Shown: positions 48,133-60,450 of the stretch, in pieces
Position numbering within the stretch: position 1 is the first letter of the stretch
Layout: every line of letters starts with the position of its first letter
Translations under genes and position numbers: made by a program
Assembly: GCA_002189035.1 (NCBI GenBank)
Contig: NEEC01000010.1
Location: 1,302,001-1,366,000, forward strand
DNA from: Utricularia gibba
Taxonomy: Eukaryota; Plantae; Magnoliophyta
Reading direction: 5' to 3'
DNA length: 64,000 nucleotides
Notes under the pieces: generated by a model
Seen by the model: the letters and a program-made list of their open reading frames with translations, nothing else
Told to the model about the DNA's origin: nothing
Databases searched by the model: none

Positions 48133-51100
48133 TCAATAGCATCTCGGTGCTGCTGCTAAAGTCTTCTTATTTAAAGATTCTGCACAAGGGGAATCATAAC
48201 TCTTGCGAAAAGCACAAATTCTGTTACAATGAGGTTACCTAAGCATTCTCTTATGGCAGCAGCGGTTTCAGCTCCACCCCTCGTCTGGGAAAACAACAAC
48301 AGTTTGTCGTACATCTGGGCTGATGGGTGTCCAGCATCCTCCATCCAATGCAACACCTGCATCAAGCATCCTCTTGTTCATAGAACAGAACAAATTGATC
48401 TGCACCGGAGTTTTACTGCAGGCCCTCGGTGAGAGCTTGTTGTATTCACTTCGAAATATTTAATATCGATTCTCATGTTTCCACTGATTCTGATGAGACT
48501 ACTGAGGACTTACCTCAATGTACTTCCTCCAATTTCCGGCATCTAAGAGATTCTTCAATAAAACAGAGTATGTGGTCGAGCTAATTTCGGTGCCTGTTGC
48601 AACGACCTTCAGGAAGAACTGCAACATGATAACAGGAAGAATTAAAAAACATAGGCCGCAGTAAAGCTTTCAGTGTGTGTTCAGAAACAAGGACCCGGAT
48701 ACCTTCAACATAGTCTCCGTTCTTCCAACTTTTCCGAATGAATGAAGGACATTATTCAAGGTCCCAGTCGAGAGACAATCAAGAGATGTCTCCATCATTT
48801 GAACAATGTTGTTCAGTGTTTTCCAGTCCCGTAAGCTTCAAAAGTAAAAGACAAAAGAACCAGCAATGAGAAAAGAATATCTAAACCATGAAAGGCGTTA
48901 CTTATATGGAATTGTAAATGGATCAGCACGTTGAAAGACATGGTGACCATTGGTAATGGAATTTATGAAAAACAAACTTACATAGTACACGCCGAAATCA
49001 TTTCAATGAACATGGAATCAGTAAAATGGATTTTTTTGTCTCTCATGGACTCAGCAAAGAGCAGGACCTTTCCAGGCTGACATCCTCGATTAAAACTTTT
49101 CATAAGAGATAAACAAACAACTGAATCTGGTTGAACACCAGCCTTCTCCATGTCTTGAAAGACTTCAAAGGCCTTCTCCCAGTTACCTGAATATTTCGGC
49201 AAGATCAGGATGTTCTCGGATTGTACAGTGGAAAACAAAGATGTAGAACTAGCTCACCAGCTGTACCGTACGCCTGCAGCAAAGCAGTATAAGCAATGAC
49301 ATCTGGATACAAACCATCATTTTTCATCAATTTGAACATTGATTCAGCCTCAGCAAGCTGCCCCTGATCAACAAAATAAAATAAAAAAAAAGCGTCAAAA
49401 AAGAAAAAGGAATGAGGCAATTAAGTTATACAGCGTATAATACGTGCTTGCCTGATTGCTGTAAACACAAATTGCCGAAGAGTAAACTTCCTTCGACATA
49501 GGAATCTTCAAACTCCTCATTTCAGCAAGAAAATCTATGGCTACGCTGTACTTCAATGACTTGCAACAACCGCTTATCAGAATATTGTAAGTAATGGCAT
49601 CAGGTTTAACTTTCTTTTGCCTCATGCGCTGATATAAAGATAAGGCTCTTTCATATTCTCCAACGTTCATGTAACTTCCAATAGCAGAATTGTATGCAAC
49701 GGTATTTAATTCTATATCCCGCATTTCAGCAGCTCTCAGTAAAGAGTCCAACTTCACCTTCTGATGGCATCTACCGCAAGCTGCAAACAAGGAACTAAAT
49801 GAAACCGCATTTGGCAGTATACCTTGTTGCTCCATTTCACGTAGTAATTCAACAGCTTCAGCAAGAAAGCTATTAGATCCATATGCATCAATCAGTGCAT
49901 TGTACGTAACCAAATTTGGTTTACAACTGTTTCTTCTCATCAAATCAAATACCCCCTTGGCTTTATGTGGCTGCTGCGATCTTCCAAAAGCATTCAGTAA
50001 GGAAGTATAAGATACAACATCTGGACGCATTCCTCTCTGCCTCATCTCATCAAAAACCGACGAGGCTAATTCACTAAGGCCAAGTGAGGCATATGCACCA
50101 AGCAATGTATTGTATGCAACGATATTAGGTTCCAGACCCTCTGCAATTAGTGTGTCAAAAATGGCACGACAGTTTTCAACTTGACTACAAATTGAATACA
50201 TATGCATGACACTTGTGTAGGTCACAATATCAGGACGACAATCTGACCTTCTAGCTCTCATTGTATTGAAAACATTCATTGCTTCATCATATCTTCCAAG
50301 CTTAATCAAGCAATCTAGCACAATGTTAAAAGTAGTTGTATCTGGACGGATAATAGTACCCTTCAACAGCTCAAAATAGGAGAGTGCTCTTGCATATTCT
50401 GATCCAGCTTTGAAAGCTGAGAGAATGATGTTGTGAGTCACCAGATCAGGTCCAACTCCATTATCTGTCATGCTCTTACAAATTTTCAGAGCCTCCCTCC
50501 AATTGCCTCTTGAACCACATGCATTAATTAAATTGTTATAAGTTGATCTACTTGGAGGAATCTGCAGCAAATGAGAAGTCAACTGGATTCCACCTTAAAC
50601 AGCATAAAAAATGCATGGAAATGAAAAAGGATGACAGGCCCATGACGACCTAGATTTTCAGGAGCATTCCATGAACAAGTAGTTCATGCCATGGAAATTA
50701 AAATGTAAGAATGAATTTAGATGACTGAAGCTCAAACTACCATAGATCTAAATGAATTCCCAATTCCACCAATACACCAATTTTCTAACCTGAACTCATT
50801 CGGAAAGTGATAAGAGTGTTTACTAACTTAAAATTAACAAGTTTAATCCCTTCAATTCATTGGGAAAATCACAAAAACCAACCAAATAGGCGTAAAATAG
50901 TAACTGCCAATATACAAAAATTTAATACTCACTGCTGCACGGAGCATGTCGTTCATTATGTTCAATCCCCAACGCCATTGACCAGCCCTCCCGTGTGCAC
51001 TGATAAGAGCATTGTAGGTGTCCACATTAGGCTTGCACCTAGAATAAATACAAGAATGAAGTCATTAGAGAAAGCACAATTAGCTGATGCTCAAACTTCT

Positions 51101-51988
51101 TGTCAGTGGGAACAAGAATTCTTTTTCATAATCCATGGGAAATCCTGAAGCTCAAGGTTAGATACTAGCAACAAAGGGACTACAGAATCTTGAGCAATAA
51201 AACTGCATTCATAGGGCATTGTTATACCTCAATCTTTGCATCTCACAAAATAAACCCCGAGCCTGGTCAACACGATTATGTCTAGCATGTAACCTTATCA
51301 TCATATTGTAAATGTCTTCTCTTGCAGAATAATTCTTTTGATTCTTCATCCAACTGAAAACTTGATTGCTATGATCTATATATCCCATTTTCGATATTTC
51401 CTGCCATCACAAGAGTTGGCTTAAAGCATTCACACATCGACGATAAATTGAGGCTCCCTAGCATTGAAAAATATATGTAACCATAACAGCCGTCGGAAAT
51501 CGGTGTAACTGGAAGTGAACCATAAGGAGTTCTGCAAGTTCTCCCAAAAATTGAATTACAAAGTACTATGGTTTTCCCACTTTTAAGACATCCCCAAACC
51601 GCAATAAGCAGAGTCAATCATCGAGGTTCACCTGAATAAGAATAGGGAAATTCTTGCGTGAGAAACGCCCAGCCCATCTGTTGAGTACACCCTCGACGTC
51701 CTCCCAACGATTAAGCTGAATTATCCTCTCCACCACTTCTGAAACAGTCCAGTCTCTCTGAAAACTATCCCCCTCAACCCTCAAACGGTTTCGAGTGGGC
51801 AGGTCGGACTTCATGACCCCTGGAATTACAGTGAAAACCTTGTGAGTTCCCGCATCGTAATCCACGCGAGCGACCTTTCTCTTCTTGAATGCGTCTGGAT
51901 TGACGGGCTTCACACATCGTATTCCATCGGGGGGCCGCCGTTCCGATGAAGGTCCGGCGAGAAAAGGAGGGTGGCGCAAGGTGGTCAT
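48133..51988 (-). CDS. EMB2654: Plastid-type P-class PPR protein, At2g41720/EMB2654-like, about 10 exons
   Basis: RVEGDSFQRDWTVSEVV..LNRWEDVEGVLNRWAGRFSRKNFPILI; VFSWMKNQKNY..IYNMMIRLHARHNRVDQARGLF; AHGRAGQWRW; IPPSRSTYNNLINACGS.GNWREAL..MTDNGVGPDLVTHNI. One GC-AG intron; last exon ESLNKKTLAAAPRCY*. Confidence 0.92.
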
Positions 51989-53095
51989 TCGGGCGATGAG
52001 GACAACGTTGCCGGGAGTTCATTTGCCAGTAGTTCCGGGAGAAAATATGGGCGGGTATATGTATGTATATCTATCTAATTTTTTGAGTGGGCCGGGATTT
52101 TTGTACATTATTTGGTCTATTTCCGGCCTGGCCGGTTCAGTCCTTGCAGTTGACATTTCTCGACAGTTTAGTGCCGTGGCGGTTCATTTCCGGGTTACAA
52201 ATGATCCTGCGCCGGAGGCCCGTTACACGAAGTCTAAAGATTGATGCTACCAGTTGTTGTGGGTGCTGAGAGTCCTCGTTGCACGTGTGCAAATATTTCA
52301 TTGTTTTGATGACAATTTAGTTGCTAAATGTTGTATGGTGTGACCGCAGTTCTGAATTTGCACTGTATTAGAACTTATAAACTGATATTAACAAAATATT
52401 ATATTTTAATTTTAATTTCGTAAAATACCACATTTTCTTGAAAGAAGTTAGCAAAATACACTCTACTTTGATAGTTTGTTTTTAAGATTATTTACAATTA
52501 ATATATATTAATATAACAAATAAAAATATTATAAAAAATTATATAAGTAATTTAAAATTTTATTATTATTTATTTACAATCTACTTCTATAATTTAAATT
52601 CTACTTATTACTAACTTCTATATATTAATCATTTCAAATAGATTAATTTTATTTATTCTATATCTACTTATACAATAATTTCTACTCATCAGTTAAATAA
52701 AAATTATTGATTAAATCACAAAAACTACATTCTAATTGAATAGTAACTTACTTTTATTATAAAATAATATTTAAAATGCATAGGATATTAGCTCTCGATT
52801 ATCTCAGTTTTCTAACACACCTTTTTTCTTCCTGAGGCACCAACACAGACAACAAGTTTCAGGAATGACAATTAAAATTGTCCCAGCAATAAAAGGAAAT
52901 GGAAAACACATCCACCTGTGAAGCAAAAATGTCGTGCACCATAAATTTTCCTTCCCCATTTTTATTTATTATGAATTAGTCGCGTACTGTAGGCTGGTCC
53001 ATGAAAATGCAAAAAAATATATATTAAATGAATAATTGGCGGCTTACTTCACGCCAACATGTCACCAAAACCAGCTATAATCCTATTTTACTCTC

Positions 53096-56000
53096 TCACC
53101 TGGATCTTGAAGAAGCTCTTTTGTTATTCCTAGCAGCTTCACCATTCTTCTTTGCAGGCGCGGAAGCTCTCCTGTGATTCTTTCCTTGAGTATTTGGGGT
53201 GCTTTTGCTCACTCTTGCAGTCCTTTCTCGTCCCACTGCATTTACATTTTCCAAATTTTTCTTCCTGAAGCCATTCCCAGATTTGTGTTTCTTAGCTGTG
53301 CGTTCTTGCTGGACTGATGACTTTGATTTGTGGGGAACTTTGTCTCGTTTCCGCTTGTGGTGCCTAGAACACAGAGAGATCAATTAGATTCAAGAATAAC
53401 ATCGAATGGAGGACATTAGGGTCTCAGACCGCTGAAGAGACGAGTCAGGCTGTTCTGGTTCTGGCTTAGGACCCGTGCTTCCGGCTTCTTTGGGACTCGA
53501 CTTTGTGCCACGACGGTTCTGCAGAGGCAACAGAAAAGTAGCCTAAAAAACTGAATCATTTCTTTTTGATAATCTTGTGCCACGGATTTTCATCTCGTAT
53601 TCCATCACTCATCCGATGTTCATATCCATATAACCAATCAATTGGGTGGCAAAAAAAAGCTGCTGCAACATAAACAAAACGAATAAGTAAAAGCGGAAGT
53701 GTAGTAACATACGCTTGCTACTTCCAGAACAAAATCCATGTGTTGTTGAGGAGTTGCTGCCTTCACTGTAGCAGTGCCGCACTTCCTAATCATGATCTCC
53801 AAAATCACGACCACCTGCAGTGTGTAATGCAGAAAATGCTAAACTAGTAATCTCTTGACAAAAAATTTTGTTTTCCATATAGCATGAGGATGCAGTAGAT
53901 AAGTAAGAACAAGTGGAGCATAACCTTTGATCCAATATGACGATATGTGATAGACGACCACCGAAGAATTCCATCCAGAATGTCTGGAAGAAAATGCTGG
54001 ATATCATCTGAATGAAGTCCCGAGACCAATACCTTCACGAAACCTAAAACTGCCTGTTGAATCCAAATCAGATTGTTCATCAATGCAAAGAACAAACTCA
54101 TACACTTCAGCATGAAAAGCCTTGATGATCTCACCTTTATGATCTCAATAGATTTGCTGTGAAGTAAGTTCATCACGGAGTGGAAGACATCAGGCATCGT
54201 GACACAGAGTCTAGGATCACTGTAAACTAGCAGAGAGACTGCAGAGACCACCCCACTCTGTATACGGGGAGATGATACAGAAAGATAGCCTGAAATCTGG
54301 GTACAAAAACAATGTATGAAAATGTATTTATGCAGTATGACAGGAATTATTGGTTTTTTCAGACACGAGGCAACTCAATGAAGAAACCACTTGTTCAAAC
54401 AACAGAACACAAACATACCATGGAAATGAATTTCTGATAGAGACCAGCATAAGAAGAATCTGATGAGTTTCGTAATTTGCAACTTATCGCATTGAGAGTA
54501 TCATAAGACACCTTCCTACCTTCTTCATCAGACTGAAATCAAAATATCAGAGCATTACTGGAAACTAAGGAATGATGGTCCTAATTTATAATGCATAGCA
54601 TCAAATGCTGTGATACACATAATACTATTATGTGAAGCTATATGCATATATATTTGAGCTCAGAGCAACAAAAACATGTTGGTGCGAATCATAAAATAGC
54701 CCAGAAGGATACTGATGCAGTGTTGTTAGAAACAAGATATGAATCATCAAAGCCATTTGCAATATTTAGCTACAAAGGGAAATAAAGGGAAGGGATAAAA
54801 GTGATAAAATTGAATGATCAGTTTCAAAAAAACTAACGCTTACATCTTTTAATGTGCTAATAAACTCGTTTAGAATGAGAAAAACCCTTGTCCCATCCTC
54901 ATCTACGTTTTCCTGCATAATAGGAAAAATTGCCAGGACATCAGTTCACAGAATCGATAATAATTGAAGCATGATTAATAATTTTATGTTCACTTAGTTA
55001 ACTTACCTTCAATTGAAAAATTAACAAGGTTTGCAAGCAAGCAAAATGGTGTGGCAGCAGTGCTATATTAACAGAAGACTTCATCTTCGTTAACAAATCA
55101 ATCACTTCATCAAATTTTGAAATGCGAACGCAAGAATGCGCCTGCATGTAAGGCATCCCTTCATAAATTAAGGTGCATCGAAAGTAAAAGAAATGCAACA
55201 AATGAACAACTGAGCACCTCAAGCAGTCCATTGAGAATTTGATACGCCTCAACATGAGCGAATTCATTGCTATCCTAGAAACAAGAAACGCAATACCTTA
55301 GAAGCAGTAGATCTTTCTTTATATGGAAAACCAAATTAATGGGTGGGTAGGAGCAGACCTGCAAAGAGTGCTTCACAACAGAAAAAAGTAGATTAACCAA
55401 ATCTTCATCAGATCCTTCAACAAAACAAGAAGCAAAATCCAGCAGCAGGAGCCTTCAGAATGGTAGGAAATGAAATGTCAAGATGTCAAAAAGACAGTGT
55501 TCATATATACATTTTTCCAGAAATAATAAGAATGAGCACATAAATTGCACTGTATAAAGGAATAGCACAGCGATCATATAGAACCACCTTTTGACCTCTA
55601 CTCCTGAAGAATTATGTGTGCTCTCCTCATCATTAGCAGCTGATTCAACATTCGAATTGAAGTTTGCATCTTGCGTTATGTCCTCTAGTAACTGAAACTT
55701 CTCGGCTGATGCGATAAACAATTTTTTAGCTTCAGAAGCATCACATATAGACACCATGGACCGAAGAACGCCCTGAAATATGAAAGATAATGATCAAGTA
55801 TAATAATGTATCTTCCATGAAGGGCAAAAAATAACCTGTAAATGATCTTCAAATTTACAAAAGGAAATACAGAGATTACGATTAGCATATGCCAACTGAT
55901 GTTGACAATACAAAAATGCATAACAAGCATGGTTAACTGCAAACCAAATTTGAGAAGCTTTTCCAACAAGAAGCAAATATATGGCGTCAACCTTCAGGAT

Positions 56001-59000
56001 CTTTTGATGTTCAGGATCACACTGAAAGAAGGCATTAGTGAAAGCCTGAAGGAACTCTTTACAACTTGAAGCTATTGCCTTAATATTTTTTCTAGCAGTC
56101 TTGGTTGAGTAGACACGATTTGCATCAAGTTTTACTGAAAGTGCACCGGGAATTTTATCACTTTCAGCTTCCATGGATTCTACAGATCGTTGACCGCTAA
56201 GTATAATTTTATTCTCATGAATTAACTCCTACCAGAAAAAACCAAATAATAATTGAATTAATGTGAAAAAAAAAATCAATGAAATCGCATTCTTGAAAAA
56301 GTACCTGCAGACCAGTAGCAACTTTTTCCATAAAGAAAAAGTCCCTCTGGATTAATGGTATTAGAACTCTAGATAAATCCCCAAAACTTTGATATGTATC
56401 AATCGGCTGACGACAGAAGGCTGGGAATAATGCCCAGCATGCCCGGAAGTGTGCCTTCAAATCTTGCCCAATTACTGAATTTTTAACTGGAAACAGAAAG
56501 TTCAGATTTCATCGATAGGGGAAGGCAGTCAAGAGAAACATTAGATTATACAAAACATGTCATCAGCATTTGACATTGATGAAAATACACATCAAGAATT
56601 TTACCTCCAGACGAATAAAAATTAGCCAAAATTGACGATGCAGAGAAAAAAATCAAAAAACTGCATGCGAAATTGACAACAGCATGTTGCATTCGTATCC
56701 TGATGTGTGGCCACATTTTTCCAAATTTGACAATAAGAATAAGAAATCTAAGTTAAGATCCAACTATATCTATAAAAAATTACGGATGAAATATCTTATT
56801 GTAAAGTTTCAATATGATACTATATCTATATCTTAGGTCTGGAGTACCTGATGGAAAAAAAAAAACAGTGGAAGTGGTCACATCCAGTCAAAAATATTTT
56901 ATCTTAATCATTACCTTTGCAGGATCCCTTGTCGAAGGATTTCGCTAGGGGCACAATATGCTCAATAAAGAACCGTAGAGATGATCCAGAAACATTTTTC
57001 TCCAAAATAGGTATCAACCAAACATTGGAATAGGACAAATCTTTGATGCTGAACGACAGTGGAAGCAATGCAAGTAAACCTTCAGGTCCCATGGCAGAAA
57101 CAGCGCATCCAAAGAATTCTTGAAGCTGCAAAAGGGGGCAAAGGTGAAGCAACCAAATAAGGCATATTGAAGCAATGGTTCATTTCGTTGATTCTCACAT
57201 GTAGAGTTTTTGAAGAATCAGTGGCGGCATTCATCATGTCAGCAAATTTAAGGAGTACGTGCTCCATAAAAATGCCAGACATCCTGCCTGAAGATTAAAG
57301 ATAACCATGTTAAAACATAACCTGGAATACAAAACCTAATTTAATGTGAGAACTTGCGAAGCCACTAAAGTCATGGTATGCAACATAGGAAAGTGCCGAT
57401 CATCTGTGGAACATATTAGATAGAGTAACAAGTACAGCTGAAAGTTTAAATTCCCTTTCGCCTATGGCATAGGTGAAAGTACAAAGAATCACATGACCTT
57501 CCAAAGAATTCAATTAACCTTTTCAGTTTAAAATTACTTATCATGTAGCATGGCTAATCCAATGAAGGTATAATGGCAAAAACTTATTGAAAAAAACGGT
57601 TGTTTCTCATAGATGACATAAAAAATAATGGTTATGTGGCCACTATACATTCACACTATGAAAATGCCAGATTTGAATATAAGTACAAGCAATCAAGGCA
57701 TATTTCCAGAAATATAGACACCAGCCCTTACTTTCTACTTACCCAGATTTTGAAGAAAACGACATGCTATATTAATCACGTGTTCATTTGGAATTCCAGA
57801 TGAAACTATCAAAAGATTGTAAAACATGTCGCATATTCTCTTGACTGTCTTGTACTCTGGATCATTATTTGTAGGCAGATTTTCCTGCTTTTGACTTTCA
57901 AATCTTAAGAGCCTTTTCTTATCAAAATGGTAATCTATTAGCCGTCCAAGAATGTTAGAGACCTTGCCAGCAGCTTTATTATCGCAGTATAAGTATGCTG
58001 ACACAAAACGCAAATGCGAATTTCAGAATTAAACAAAAAAAAGTCATATAAGCACCTGTAAGTTGACCTAATAAAAAAGACTTTGAACATGGTCTATCCA
58101 TATTAGTTTACGCGAGAAAAACTTTATACATAACAGTTTCCCTACCTGCTATAGCTTCAATTATCATGGGAAGATGAATCGCCCATTCTATTGTATCAGC
58201 GTATGGAAGTTTAGAAAGAGCTGTTTCAGATAATGTTGCAGCCAGCAATACAGTATCAACTGGATTCTTTTCTGCAGGTGACATATAAGAAACCAAAGAA
58301 CTGAAAAATTTTGCAGCATTAGGCATTATAACTTCAGCCCCTGAAATCTCAACTACTGCAGAGATAACTTCAAAGACATGTGATGTTACTGCTACAAACT
58401 GGCGACTCACCATCTTCAACAATATTGGAATCAATTTAATGTGGGATTTCGGTGACATATATGTAACAGAATGCTTCATCATATTCAATAAATGAATAAC
58501 ATCTAGATGCTCGGGCAGCGTCGCCCCAGGCCCATCACCAATTTCAGAGCACTTGAATTTAGAAGCTGCCACTATGTGATCATTAAGCAGCCTATATATT
58601 GATTTGCTAGCTCTTTTAAACAGCATGGAAGATTGAAACGACTTGAGAATCATCGTTAGGCTGTCTTGAGCAGATTTCCTTACCTAAGAAAATTAAAGTC
58701 CAAAGAAAGAAAGTTTTTGACGTTCTCCAGAGAGAAAATCATAGAGTCTAAAGCATGAATTGTACGCTTCATTTTCTGAGTACCTTTGGGCGCCTGTCCA
58801 TTGAAAGTCTTACAAGCCATTCAAACCCCACGGAAACTGATTCCCAGTCGTCCAAACTACAAAAAGTGGCAACCAAAATGCCCACACTCTTCACCGCAGC
58901 TCTAACCCCCGAGGTACCCAACTTAACTCCACACTCCTCCACGGTTCTCACCAATACCCTGACACCCTCCTCCGCCTTCTCGGGCTTTATTTCGGCTTCC

Positions 59001-59280
59001 CCAACCAAGGGAAGGACAATTGCGAGAAAAGACGTCAACGAATCAAGGGCACTCGAGTCTAGAGTATTGGCATTAGCAAGAGAAGTAACTGCAGCGGCGA
59101 AGTAAGACACCGGTTTTAGGTCCAACGAAGATGCTTCGATGATGGAACGCGCGGCGGCAGCCGCCGCACATAGGTGGCGGTGCTGCTCGGCTGAGGACCT
59201 CGAGTAACGGGCCAAAATCTGTTGGCATATGTCATCACTTGCGAGGAAGCCCCCGATGCTTCCACTCCATCGACATCCAT
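53096..59280 (-). CDS. RRP12: RRP12-like ARM/HEAT ribosome-biogenesis protein (At4g23540-type), multi-exon; 1-nt frame break near 59250
   Basis: DICQQILARYSRSSAEQHRHLCA..SII..PVSYFAAAV..DRRPKVRK; later LQEFFGCAVSAMGPE.LL.LLP..SNVWLIPILEKNVSGSSLRFF..HIVPLA; CWALFPAFCRQP.DT; QAVLGFVKVLVS; basic C-terminal tail ending at 53096. Not every internal junction was checked. Confidence 0.87.
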
Positions 59281-59328
59281 GCCGTCGACGAACGGCGGAA
59301 ACGGCTAGAGCTGTAGAAGAGCGTCGAC

Positions 59329-59350
59329 CAGGGTTTAAAAGGTTTGGGCC
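59329..59350 (-). promoter_or_regulatory. Telo-box-like motif plus site II upstream of RRP12
   Basis: AAACCCTG on the minus strand (one mismatch to AAACCCTA) at 59329-59336 and TGGGCC at 59345-59350. This pairing is known from ribosome-biogenesis promoters. Confidence 0.45.
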
Positions 59351-60039
59351 TAAATAGCGTAACCGCTTCGGAAGTTGGGAGGTACATAATTTAATTGAAA
59401 TCAAATATTATCTTTAATGTTTAACGTAGATTTTATATTATATTTTAATTTATAATTAATAGAAGTGGTTTATTATAAATTTAAAAACAATTTCACATCT
59501 CCTCAAAACCACAAGCACATATGATTATAAATCATATCAATTATAATAAAGAATTACATTAATATAAAAATATTTTTTAAAAAAAACCTCAAACATAAAT
59601 TGTAAATTAAACTGATTTCACATGGACTTAAGATAAGTGGTTAACTAATTTGTAGGTATTATTATCAATATATATTCATTTTTAAATAAAATAACTTATC
59701 ATCTTACTTTTATTTATTTTTAAATAAAACAACTTAAGATGAATTTTAATCCCTGAACTGGAAAGGAGTCAGATTTTGGAAAACTTTAGAGCATGTCCAT
59801 TGAAACCTGGTCCATGAGGAACATTTGCATGACAAATTCCCACAAGTTAGATAAATTACATCCAACAAGAACTGATGTTCAATTAACCTTTTTATAAGAC
59901 ATCCTTGATGAGCTAACAAAATGTAATTCTTTCTATATCACGTACTAAAATTAATTTTTTACACATGCGATGATTATTTTTTTCACACATTAAAATGATA
60001 ATGATTATTTTTCTAATACATCCTAAGAAGGATTTATGT

Positions 60040-60450
60040 ATTGACAAGCTAGAAGCCGTAATAAACTAAGATAACTAAGTTAAAGTGAGATAATAAAACT
60101 TACTATTAGATATTAGATGCTTATTTCATATTTAATATCGAGTGTTTCATCAATATTTAAATAAATAATATAACCAACCAAATCCCTCTACAAAATGCCT
60201 ATAAATAGAGAATATGATCATTAGATTTAGAAAGAACTTTTTTCATGAATAGAATCCTTTTCAAAAAAAATTTATCTTTATCCTCACATTCATTTTAATT
60301 TTAATAAATTTTCCTAAAGAGTTTTCTTTTGGCACTAATCTTCTCCACCTCTGGTAGCAAATTATTATATTTTTCACTACTCCCTAATCATACAAATTTA
60401 AACCTTGAAATTGGTTGAAGTGGATTCTTCAAGGTGAGATTTTGACAACA
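60040..60450 (+). mobile_element. Possible decayed Gypsy-type LTR remnant
   Basis: LTR-like CCTATAAATAG at about 60197, a pyrimidine-rich U5-like stretch, and an end ...GACAACA followed by a degenerate PBS-like ttagttgacgtcg. No partner LTR, TSD or coding region seen. Confidence 0.3.
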
